Shown one piece after another: positions 33,466-43,100 of a DNA stretch of 59,911 nucleotides. Under the pieces are notes generated by a model, which did not search any database, was not told the DNA's origin, and was given only the letters and a program-made list of their open reading frames with translations. Source of the DNA: Minisyncoccota bacterium (GTDB taxonomy: Bacteria; Patescibacteriota; Minisyncoccia; Phycocordibacterales; JAQTLZ01); contig JAQTLZ010000005.1 in the NCBI GenBank assembly GCA_028714635.1, forward strand, positions 1 through 59,911. The letters are read 5' to 3'. Every line of letters begins with the position of its first letter. Positions within the stretch are counted from its first letter, which is position 1. Position numbers and translations under genes: made by a program.

Positions 33466-35010
33466 TTATAGCTGGTTTTTGAATAAATCCCCCACATTCT
33501 CACGTCTTGTGTAAAATCGAAAAAGTATCCTTGCATAAAGAACATAAAGGGCAGACATAAGCCACCAAGGAAACCAAGGAATCTGAACCGCTGCAAATGG
33601 GAGCGAAGAGAAAAAGTGGACCACAAAAAGCTCATACCAGAGAGAAACATACGAAATGAGGGTGAGAGGAAAAGCCAGTGCGATTGAAATATAGCTAAGA
33701 AGTGTGGCAAGAAAACCTACAAACATCGTAAAAGGCACGAACATCATGATGAGCGTGTTGGTGAAAAGAGCGACAAGCGAAAGATTTCCGATCTGATATA
33801 AAAGAAACGGCAAGACAAAAATCTGCGTTGCAATCGTAGCTGTCACTGTTTCTCTTATTTTGAAACGGATGGGAAGAAATAAGAGGTGAGGTGCAATAAG
33901 CGGAGCTCCTAGAATAAGACCGAGCGTAGCTAGAAAAGATAACTGGAAGGAGGGATCGAATGCTAAAATTTTTGGATTGACGATAATCATAAGCGCTCCA
34001 GCAATACAAAGTGCGCGCAAAACATCATATCGGCGCCCAAAAGCTTTTCCCAAAATCACCACGAGTGCCATAATCCCCGCGCGCACGATGCTCGCTGTTC
34101 CTCCTGCTAAGACAACAAAAAGGATAATGCCGAGAGCGCCGAACGAAAGAGCGGAAGTGCGAGGTAAAAATGAGAGTGCTTTCGTGATTGCGTCAGAAAC
34201 TAAAGTAACGTTGTACCCGGAAAGGACAATGACCTGAATCGCGCCGGCTCGCACAAATTCGTCTTGCAGATCTTTGCCGAGCGATCCTTTTCCCGCAACT
34301 AAAAGCCCCGAAAGGAGCGAGGAGTGCGGAGGAGAAAGAATGGCGTTTATGTGCTCGATAAAATTATTTTTTATCTTGAAAAGTACGGAACGAATTGGAT
34401 TTCCCTCTCCCTCTCCGATCAAAGAAATCTTGGGAAATTTCATCTCATAATAAATAGCGTCTTTCGCCAGATACGAAACGTAATCAAATGCCCGCGCGCC
34501 GGCTTCTGGTTCAAAATTTTCCGGCTTCGTAATCGCACCAGAGAGACTGACTCGATCGCCATAATGAAAATTGGCATAACGATCGGCTTTTGTAATAATT
34601 TTCGCCGAAACAGCAGTAGACGCGATCTTTTGGAGAATAATCGTAAGCCTCTGGTAAGTATCACGAATATCGGGCTCTTCTGTAATGACACCCTCGGCGG
34701 AAACTTTTTGCCCGACAAACCTTTCAGGAAGCGGGTAGCGGCCTCGCTCGGAAATGCTGTAACGAAGGATACCTAGAGATATGAGAAGGAGGCAGAGCGA
34801 CGCGGTGACTATCGTCTTAGAAAAATTTTCACCGCTCTCTTCTTTCTGACGGACATACCAAATATAAAAAAGTACAGCACCACTCACGAGACAGAGGAGT
34901 ACGGAAAGCGTAAAACTTATTTCCCAAAACGATCGAAGAAAAACTCCCAAAATAAAACTGGAGAGGACGATATAAAAAGTTTTATTTTGCATTGCTATTT
35001 CACGCCCCAC
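33466..35010 (-). CDS. comEC: ComEC/Rec2 DNA-uptake channel (DUF4131 plus Competence domains, no MBL domain)
   Basis: Polytopic membrane protein with an OB-like N-domain and Competence-domain pattern (GAIQVIVLSGYNVTLV). 514 aa. Confidence 0.8.
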   Translation of the reverse strand: MGREIAMQNKTFYIVLSSFILGVFLRSFWEISFTLSVLLCLVSGAVLFYIWYVRQKEESGENFSKTIVTASLCLLLISLGILRYSISERGRYPLPERFVGQKVSAEGVITEEPDIRDTYQRLTIILQKIASTAVSAKIITKADRYANFHYGDRVSLSGAITKPENFEPEAGARAFDYVSYLAKDAIYYEMKFPKISLIGEGEGNPIRSVLFKIKNNFIEHINAILSPPHSSLLSGLLVAGKGSLGKDLQDEFVRAGAIQVIVLSGYNVTLVSDAITKALSFLPRTSALSFGALGIILFVVLAGGTASIVRAGIMALVVILGKAFGRRYDVLRALCIAGALMIIVNPKILAFDPSFQLSFLATLGLILGAPLIAPHLLFLPIRFKIRETVTATIATQIFVLPFLLYQIGNLSLVALFTNTLIMMFVPFTMFVGFLATLLSYISIALAFPLTLISYVSLWYELFVVHFFSSLPFAAVQIPWFPWWLMSALYVLYARILFRFYTRRENVGDLFKNQL

Positions 35011-35756
35011 TCTTTCATAATAGCTTGTTCGTCTTCAGCCGAGAGGGCTTTGCGAAATTTCGCTTTTTTGCCTTTTACTCGCTTTTCGCAGTCCGCCCAA
35101 GTCGAATGTTTGATAAGCACCCCATCGATAAGACTTAAGTATGAATAAGCTTTCGCGTTCGAATGAGCGCGCGAAGCGCTTTTTTCTTTTGCGAGAGATT
35201 TGTCGAGATCGAAATTCAAAATGTCTCTCCCGTATCCGGAAAGCACTCCGTTATAAAGCTTCGTCGGTCTTCCATCTGCAAAAGAAGTTGCGATCTCATC
35301 CGCGCGCTCGTTTCCGGCGATTCCCACATGGCCACCGAGATATTTCCATTCAATATTTTTGCCATCTATCGCATCAAGAAGTTTCTCCCACAAATCTCGA
35401 TTTTGCACATCTTCTTTTGTTTTTGTCTTCCAACCATTCGCTTCCCACGCCTTTGCCCATTTAGTTATGCCATTCAAAAGATAGCTTGAATCAGAGAACA
35501 GCGTAAAGCGTTTAGCGGCGAGCGGATAGGAAGAAAGAAACTTAAAAGCCTCTATTGCTCCGGTTAATTCCATCCTATTGTTTGTGATCTTTTTCTCACT
35601 GCCACCGATTTCAGTAACCCGCATTTCTGCTGAATTTGCATGCACGCCATCCGCTCCACGCTCGCCGCTAAACGCTATCACCGCTCCCCACCCGCCCGGC
35701 CCTGGATTTCCGCGAGAGGCCCCGTCGGTGAAAATAATTATTTCGTCCTTTTTCAT
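34995..35756 (-). CDS. rnhA: ribonuclease HI with C-terminal hybrid-binding-like domain
   Basis: IFTDGASRGNPGPGGWG...NNRMEL...SDS...HVGIAGNERADE catalytic pattern. C-terminal YSYLSLIDG...W...V.G...FRK resembles an RNase H1 HBD. Start set at MKKDEIII. Confidence 0.85.
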   Translation of the reverse strand: MKKDEIIIFTDGASRGNPGPGGWGAVIAFSGERGADGVHANSAEMRVTEIGGSEKKITNNRMELTGAIEAFKFLSSYPLAAKRFTLFSDSSYLLNGITKWAKAWEANGWKTKTKEDVQNRDLWEKLLDAIDGKNIEWKYLGGHVGIAGNERADEIATSFADGRPTKLYNGVLSGYGRDILNFDLDKSLAKEKSASRAHSNAKAYSYLSLIDGVLIKHSTWADCEKRVKGKKAKFRKALSAEDEQAIMKEWGVK

Positions 35757-35925
35757 TGCAAAATTGTAACATAAAAAAACCGCCGACCCTCTCCGGATCG
35801 GCGATACTAAAAGACCGGCCTTAAGCACGCGACAATGAAGACCACCAAAAGCATCAAGGTGATCATCATCAAAAAGAGCGTCTCTGCACCGAGATATCTC
35901 AACATTTTCCCCTCCTTCAATCTCT

Positions 35926-36351
35926 CTAGTGCATTGACTGGTAGGCGAGCTGGAACAAAAATCCAGCACCACCGAAATAAAATGGGAAGTCCCAGCGGAC
36001 CAATCCGCCGAAAAGTGCCTTCCCCGACCTACGGTAGACTTCTTCGCAAGGCCCTTGGCCGTGGATGAGTCTTAAACACAGGTTCTGCAACGCCTCGAGG
36101 ACGAACGCATACGCTGTGAAAAAGAAGTATCTCCCGATCCAATGCCACTCGAAAATTGCACTGCCCTGCCACGCAAACAAAAGCGCGACAGTTCCGTAAG
36201 TGATGATGAAATAGGGGTGGCTATACCCCATTGCCATCCGGTGATGAACGACGTTCGTCTGGTTTCTCTTCGCTGCGAAGAACCAGGTGAACACCACTTC
36301 CATCCCAAGGCCGGCTAGGCCCAAAAGGAAAAAATCTCTGAGAATCAACAT
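35926..36351 (-). CDS. hypothetical integral membrane protein
   Basis: 141 aa with about four hydrophobic helices and no recognisable motif. Confidence 0.45.
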   Translation of the reverse strand: MLILRDFFLLGLAGLGMEVVFTWFFAAKRNQTNVVHHRMAMGYSHPYFIITYGTVALLFAWQGSAIFEWHWIGRYFFFTAYAFVLEALQNLCLRLIHGQGPCEEVYRRSGKALFGGLVRWDFPFYFGGAGFLFQLAYQSMH

Positions 36352-36416
36352 GATCCCGGTCTCCCAAAAGAGTGAATGTTATCGAAAAACTACCGAGTTA
36401 TATTATATACTAAATA

Positions 36417-38165
36417 TTATACAATGTCAATAATCCGTAATCGTAATTCAGGAAAATTTCTGAAGGTAGATTTTTCCATCGAGGCGACAAGATTAACTGA
36501 ACTTCCCTTTTCGATTGGCACCTCAAAATCTTTAAGTGAAGAGAAGAAAGAAATTGCTGAAACCTTTCTGCCGTCTGCTTTTCTAAAGATAAGCTCGAGA
36601 TGATTTTTCTCTTTCCCAAACTGCTTTACTTCTTCGATCGCGACTTTATCAAAAAGAAAAACAGGTTTCGCATTCCCCACCCCAAACGGAGCGAGCTTTT
36701 CTATCTCACCGTAGGTCTGCCAATTTACATCTTCGAGCAAAAGTTTTTTATCCGCCACAAGGGCGTCCGGTTTTTCATACGCCTCCCGCGCTTTCTCATA
36801 TGCATGTTCCAATTCTTCTTCAAGAAAATGAACTTTGTCTGATATGACAGTGAATCCTCCGGCCATATGGTGCCCGCCAAATTCCGCAAATACTCCTGGG
36901 CGTGTTGCTTGCATAAGTCCGACGAGAGATACGCTCCCATCCGATCTGCACGAGCCCTTAAGCGCACCTTCTCCATCTCCTCCGTCTCTGCCCCACAAAA
37001 ATACCGGCCGAGAATGAGCTTCCATTAAAGTATTCGCTGCCAGTCCCAAAAGCGATGGGCGCCAAAGCGGATTTCCCATCACCAAAACTTTCGGCATCTC
37101 TTTCTTGGCAAACCGCTCTGAAATTTTCCTCTTCATCTCTTTGACCATCGATGCAACTACGCCTTTGCGTTCATCGTTCACCTGATTCAAATAATCAGAG
37201 AGCTCGTCTGCTTCCGCCTCATCATCCGTCGAGAGAAGTCGAAAGGCCTGCATCGGATCGCCCATTCGAGACGCGGCGTTTATTCTCGGAGCAATAGTAA
37301 AACCAATATCATCTTCGGTAAGATCGCGCTGATTGACGCGGTTCTTTGCAAAAAATTTTACGAGGCCCACACGAGGAGATTTGCGTAGTACTTTCAAACC
37401 ATATTGCGCAAAAACACGATTCTCACCCACAAGCGGAACCATATCCGAACAGGTCGCCATGCCGACCATGTCCAGTAGCCACTTCTCTGTTCCCTCTTTC
37501 AAACCAAAATCATTTTTCAAGAGAAGCGCCTGGACGAGTTTGAACACAACCCCAGAACCACAAAGATCTTGAAATGGGTACTCCGGAGAACATTTCGGAT
37601 TTATGATCGCAAACGCTTCGGGTAAAATTTTCCCAGGCAGATGATGATCGGTGACAATAACATCAAGACCAAGCGAATTTGCGTGGGCCACTTCTTTCGG
37701 ATCAGCAATTCCGCAATCAATAGTAATGAGAAGCTTCGCACCCTCCTTTGCAATGTCTTCTATCGCATCATGATTCAATCCAAACCCCTCGTCGTGGCGA
37801 TGCGGAATATAAACTCGAATATTTTCTTTGTAGCCAATTCTTTTGAAAAAATCAGAGAGAACGATTGCTCCCGGAATTCCGTCCATGTCGTAATCGCTAT
37901 AGATACAAATTTTTTCCTTTTTTTCTATCGCTTTCAAAATTCTCTGCACCGCTTTCTCCATTCCAGAGAGAAGGAACGGATCATGGACATGCGAAATATA
38001 ATCAGGATTTAAAAATGTTTTAGCATCTTCACCATTTTGTATACCCCGATGAAATAAAAGGTGACGAGTGAGCTCCGGAAAAGCTTCCAACTCCTTTTCA
38101 GCATCTTTCGGCAAGCATGCCCGGGTAGAATAAGACTTCATAGAGAACATTATATCACCATTCAA
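36417..38165 (-). CDS. recJ: single-stranded-DNA-specific exonuclease RecJ
   Basis: DHH motifs (IYSDYDMDGIPG, VIVTDHH) and a DHHA1 GGHHMAGG motif. Confidence 0.9.
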   Translation of the reverse strand: MNGDIMFSMKSYSTRACLPKDAEKELEAFPELTRHLLFHRGIQNGEDAKTFLNPDYISHVHDPFLLSGMEKAVQRILKAIEKKEKICIYSDYDMDGIPGAIVLSDFFKRIGYKENIRVYIPHRHDEGFGLNHDAIEDIAKEGAKLLITIDCGIADPKEVAHANSLGLDVIVTDHHLPGKILPEAFAIINPKCSPEYPFQDLCGSGVVFKLVQALLLKNDFGLKEGTEKWLLDMVGMATCSDMVPLVGENRVFAQYGLKVLRKSPRVGLVKFFAKNRVNQRDLTEDDIGFTIAPRINAASRMGDPMQAFRLLSTDDEAEADELSDYLNQVNDERKGVVASMVKEMKRKISERFAKKEMPKVLVMGNPLWRPSLLGLAANTLMEAHSRPVFLWGRDGGDGEGALKGSCRSDGSVSLVGLMQATRPGVFAEFGGHHMAGGFTVISDKVHFLEEELEHAYEKAREAYEKPDALVADKKLLLEDVNWQTYGEIEKLAPFGVGNAKPVFLFDKVAIEEVKQFGKEKNHLELIFRKADGRKVSAISFFSSLKDFEVPIEKGSSVNLVASMEKSTFRNFPELRLRIIDIV

Positions 38166-38189
38166 AAACGCGATATTGGGAGAAAAAAA

Positions 38190-38489
38190 TCACGAAGAAA
38201 GCTCGGATTGGAGATTTTTGATCCGAAGCGCATCCTCGAGCACCCTTTTCATCTTTTCTAGCTGCGACATTGCGTCTAGCGCTTCAGTTTGAATACCCGT
38301 GATTTGTTTTTTTTCGAGCGCTTCATCCTGCAGAGATTCCTCAAAAAAAGCCGAAGTTATTTTACTCTGGATATCTTCCGGGAAATCGCTAAAATGATCG
38401 GTGAGAAATTTCCGAGCCGCGTCTTCGCCTTCCGTGTTAGCAACAGCGAGAAATTTTTTGTACAACTCTCCTAATTTTTTTTCTGACAT
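38190..38489 (-). CDS. hypothetical acidic helical protein
   Basis: 99-aa ORF reading in the same direction as its neighbours. Confidence 0.45.
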   Translation of the reverse strand: MSEKKLGELYKKFLAVANTEGEDAARKFLTDHFSDFPEDIQSKITSAFFEESLQDEALEKKQITGIQTEALDAMSQLEKMKRVLEDALRIKNLQSELSS

Positions 38490-38495
38490 ATATTT

Positions 38496-39605
38496 TTATA
38501 CTGACAATTTCCTACTGCCTATAAGCGGGATAGAAAAAGTGGAATTGACCAGACTCCAAAATCCTTCTTTTTTCTTCTCCTCTTCTTTATTAATTCTTTT
38601 TTTCTTGAATTCTTCGAAACGTTTTTCTTTTTCCCCTTCGTCAAGCTTTTCCCAACCGCTAATCCCTCTTTTTTCTGTCTGCCACTCTTCATTGAATTTC
38701 TCTTCGGTCAGAGCAGTCGCCATCGCGCCAGAAAAAGATTGTTTTCTTGTTATCTCTGGCGATTTTCCCGAAATCTCTCTGGAAACCGCGGACCGAACAG
38801 AATCGTTATTGGAGATGGTAAAGTCCAAAGCATCCCCTATCATCTTCATCCTTTGATCAAGCTCCAAGACGGTGTTTTCAATGTCGCCACGGTTAGCATC
38901 AAGCTCGAACGCCTTCTTTTCTGAAATAGTCCGGAATGATGCCAAATCAAGAGCTGTTTTAAGTTTGCCAAATTTTTCGCGTACTATTTTTTGCAGAGCT
39001 TTGCTTCGCTTATCTGGATCTTCTATAAGCATTGCTTCGCGATAACTATCCTGGTTAACCCCATATTTCTTCACTGTCTGTTGAATTCTTTTTTCAGCTT
39101 CCTTCAATTCACCTCCTTGAAATTTCGCGAGATTATCAAGATAAACAGAGATACTCTCAAAATTTGACGGGTCTGTATGAGCAAGTTCTCCAATCTCTTG
39201 TTTCAAAATATGGGTAACTTTGTCCGGACCAACAAGACCAATGATTTTCTTAAGTCCAGGAGAATGATAAGCGAGCCTCGCTATGAGTTCAGGAGTAATG
39301 GAGCCAGCAACCTCGGCAGCTCTGTTCGATACCTCGTTAAAATAGATGCGAAATTTTTCTAATTGCTCCAGATCTTTTCCTTCGAGTTTCCCTTCCGCCA
39401 GCCTCTTCGAAAGTTCAACAGTTTCCTCGCCCTCTTTTTCAAATCTTTCGAGCATCGCCCCAAACAAATGGCTTCTTTCGGGATCGCGCAAAATCGCAGT
39501 AATATCTGGACCAGTCTCGGCCTTATGTAATGAAGGATCTTTCGCTTTTTCAGTCTTTCCCTGACCCGCCTCTTTCCCCTTCTTGTATGAATCAAAAAAA
39601 GACAT
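38496..39605 (-). CDS. hypothetical Glu/Lys-rich coiled-coil protein
   Basis: 369-aa ORF preceded by a TTTACA-N17-TATAAT promoter. Confidence 0.6.
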   Translation of the reverse strand: MSFFDSYKKGKEAGQGKTEKAKDPSLHKAETGPDITAILRDPERSHLFGAMLERFEKEGEETVELSKRLAEGKLEGKDLEQLEKFRIYFNEVSNRAAEVAGSITPELIARLAYHSPGLKKIIGLVGPDKVTHILKQEIGELAHTDPSNFESISVYLDNLAKFQGGELKEAEKRIQQTVKKYGVNQDSYREAMLIEDPDKRSKALQKIVREKFGKLKTALDLASFRTISEKKAFELDANRGDIENTVLELDQRMKMIGDALDFTISNNDSVRSAVSREISGKSPEITRKQSFSGAMATALTEEKFNEEWQTEKRGISGWEKLDEGEKEKRFEEFKKKRINKEEEKKKEGFWSLVNSTFSIPLIGSRKLSV

Positions 39606-39642
39606 AGTTTGGAATAATTGAATACAGGCTTATGATTCAATC

Positions 39643-39671
39643 ATTATAGTGTCGGTAAAGGTGGGTGTAAA
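39643..39671 (-). promoter_or_regulatory. sigma70-like promoter, TTTACA-N17-TATAAT, upstream of the 38496-39605 gene
   Basis: Reverse complement of 39666-39671 is TTTACA and of 39643-39648 is TATAAT. Confidence 0.55.
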
Positions 39672-39723
39672 GCACATTCTCCTTAGTTTCCATTTTCTTT
39701 TTCTCCCTCTATAATATATACCT

Positions 39724-40086
39724 ATGGAAGACGATTGCATCTTTTGCAAAATTGTGAAAAAAGAGATCCCCGCTCATATTGTCTACGAGGACAGTGATTT
39801 TCTGGCTTTTCTAGATATCAACCCCCAATCCCCAGGACATACACAAGTTATCCCCAAGAAACACTACCGATGGGTATGGGATGTTCCGAATGCGGGCGAA
39901 TATTTCGAGTTGGTAAAAAAAATCGCTCTGACGCAAAGAAAAGCATTCAATACAGATTGGATTCTCTCAAAAATAATTGGTGATGAAGTTCCTCATGCCC
40001 ACATCTGGGTATTTCCGAATGATAAAGTAAAAGGCGATAAAAAAGATCTTGAGGGAAACGTGCAGAAGCTTCGAAAAAAACTTTAG
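39724..40086 (+). CDS. HIT (histidine triad) family protein with variant triad
   Basis: CIFCKI N-terminus and a HIT-like PHAHIWVFP motif, where the third His is replaced by Trp. Confidence 0.8.
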   Translation: MEDDCIFCKIVKKEIPAHIVYEDSDFLAFLDINPQSPGHTQVIPKKHYRWVWDVPNAGEYFELVKKIALTQRKAFNTDWILSKIIGDEVPHAHIWVFPNDKVKGDKKDLEGNVQKLRKKL

Positions 40087-40091
40087 AATCA

Positions 40092-40122
40092 AAAGCCGCG
40101 GCCTTTTTAAGGGCGCGGCTTT
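40092..40122. terminator. bidirectional terminator between the convergent HIT gene and the metzincin-like gene
   Basis: aaagccgcg...cgcggcttt stem. Confidence 0.65.
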
Positions 40123-40148
40123 TCCATTAGCTTTAGTAATCTAATTGA

Positions 40149-43100
40149 TTACGGAGCGATTATTTTTACCGTAGTGTAGCCAAATTTAGTTGCTGTTCCG
40201 TTTGTACCGGGAACTGAAGCGATGATAGCCGCAGACCCAATAGGATCATTAGCATCTGAAGTGAAAAGTCCGTTAGCATCAATCCTGTGGGTACTAGTTA
40301 TATTTGTACTCCAATGGACAGCAGTTGAAAGAACATCTCCGTTTGCATTTTGAACCACAGCAGTAAACTGCTGGGAACCGCCCCGCGATACTGAAGGACT
40401 GGTTGGCGAAATAGAAATTTTCGCTACCGTCTGACTTGAGTCGGCTACCGGAGGCACGGGTGTTGGAGTCGCGCTTCTAACTGGAGTAGGAGTTGGCGTG
40501 CTGCTAGACGGGGTTGGATTCGCGACAACACCATTCGAAGCAATGGTCAGAGTGAGAATAGCACTCCCTTTCCCTGTCGCATTTGTCGCAGTGATAATGA
40601 GACGATATGTTCCGGCACCAGTCGGAGTACCTGAAATAACTCCCGTGGCTGTATTCACGCTCATCCAGGATGCCGGATTCGTAACACCAAACCCCGTAGG
40701 ATTATTGGAAGCGGTGATCGGGTAACTCCAAGCTTGTCCGACAGTCGCGCTTGAAGAAATGTTGCTTGTAATTTTTGGCAACGAACCAGAGACAAGAGAA
40801 TTTACTGTCGGCGAATTTACTGCTGGCTCGGCTCCCGCGGGAATATTCGGAGTTTGAGGAGTATTGGTATGAGTAGTTTGTACCAAACTTGCGTCATTCG
40901 TTACAACAAACTCTACTGAATCTGTGATCCCTTGTTGCGGACCAGTCTTTACCGATACCACATAACGTCCAAGCGTACTGCCGACATGAAGAAGTCCTGT
41001 TGCTTCATCAATCGCGCCGCCGCCGTTTACACTCCAGTGCTTTGCGGGCTGAGGAACAACCTGCACCCCAGAGATATTTGAGGCAATAGCGTTGAATTGA
41101 TAATCAGAATTAGCAAGGACCGCTATTGATACGCCATTGTTGGGACGCATAATATTGACCCGAACCACGTCATCGTGACCCAAGACTTCCAGAATACCGG
41201 TTCCTGTCACTCCTTGCGCGCTCGCGGTAACCGTATACTCGCCGGGAGTTTCCGCGTGAACCGTGTGAATTGAAGTAAACGTTGCCCCGCCATTGACGCT
41301 CCAATTGAAAGAGATATTCGCTGATGTTGTCATCGGATTTCCCCGCTGATTCAAAGCGACGGCATAATATTGCTTGCCGATAAGTGGTTCAGTTGCGGGA
41401 GCAGGATAGGTTGTCGCGAATGGAGGATGAATAGCAATAGTGGTAAATTTTTCGGCTTCAGCGGTTGCAGTTACTGTCACATCGCTCGTCACAACATGGC
41501 CAGCGGTATCTTTTACATGAGCCTCAAAAACATACTGTCCGGGTCCGCTCATAATAGCTTCCAAATTTTTCGCATCATGACCGATTGGACTTGCGTATAT
41601 TACCCGGCCAATGGAATCAACGAAATAAAACATTGCGTGAGCTCCTGAAGGCACACTTTTCACCGTCCAGTAATAAGTAAGACTCGGCTCTCCCTTGTCG
41701 TCTGCTCCCGATACATGCAACTGCGTAGTATTGTCAGGAGTAGTAGAGGGAGAAGCGCTTGCTGGTTCAGCAATAGTTGGAGGAGTATCAGCTACAGCTG
41801 CATCTACAGTGGCCTGACTTACTGTACTCACAGCAAAGGTAAAGTCACCCGCGCTTTGCGCTCCGGTAGCATCTATTCCATAGAGGGCAATATTGTAAGT
41901 CGTACCGAGAACTGCGTCCCATGACACTTGACCCGAATGATATACCCCGTTCGTCGGCTTTTCATCAGCCACAAGTGAGAGGGCGTTGACCGCAGAGCCG
42001 GTAAAAATAGATACCATCGTGGCGAACCTGCTTCCCGCCGTATCAAGGACCATATGGGCATTCGCTGGAGCAGTCCATCGATACCAGACAGACTTTTTGG
42101 TTCCCGCAAGTCCTGGATATTCTGCTGGCTCTCCGGCTTCAGAGGTAGCACCAACATTGCTTCCCGCTCCTGTTGGTGTTGCGCCCGAGAGCACTGTCGC
42201 ATTCGCGAAGTTATCATTTGGAGGAGTGCCCGAAGTAACAGCTATCGTTTTTGATGCTGATTGAGTTTTCCCTCCTTTTCCGTCATACGCGGTGACTGTT
42301 ACTGTATATGTGCCGGGTACGCTATACATTTTACTCACGCTCGTTGCGTTCGCGTCAGTACTGTACGTACCGTCGCCAAAGTTCCACGAAAGAGTAACGG
42401 GATCTCCATCAGGATCGCTTGCTGTTGCCGTAAAAGTCGCGTTTTGATACGCCGCGACAGAATCAGGCACAGTGATAACGGGAGCGTTTGGATTTTGATT
42501 GCCGGGAAAACTGCCGAATTTTACACTCATATCAGCAGAAGGCGGAGTAGTGCTATTATCCCTTCTAAGAAGCGTGAAGCACACACCACCATCAGTGGTA
42601 TCTTTGTCGCAGAATGTTTCTCCCGGAAGAAGAGCTGCGGCACTGCTATCAGGAAAGAGATGTCCGATAATCGTCTTCTTCATCGATTGGTGAGTAGTGA
42701 CCAACGCCGAGCCCTCGATATTGGGAGCGGATGTAAAATAGAGCATAACGCCGTTTGAGGTGAAGAAATTCGGCGCCGCTGACATATTAATAACAGTCGA
42801 GCCGAGAACGGTATGAATATTTCCAAGGAGTCCGACCATGTAATGGCGAGTCGCGTCTTTTGTAACATCCAGCGCATACTTTACCCCGCTCTTCGCGCCT
42901 TGGTCAGAAGCATAAATACGATAGGTGCCGCCCGAGTTTGAACTTGGAGAAAGAGAAGTGATTTGTGCAGGGTCAATCCAGTGCGCTACCGCCTGTTCGG
43001 CAACATTGAAACCTTTTGGGGGTATGCCAACAGTCATATTGCCGCCTTGAATGTCATTTGGATCTCCATATTCCATAGCATATCCGGAACCAATGACTGC

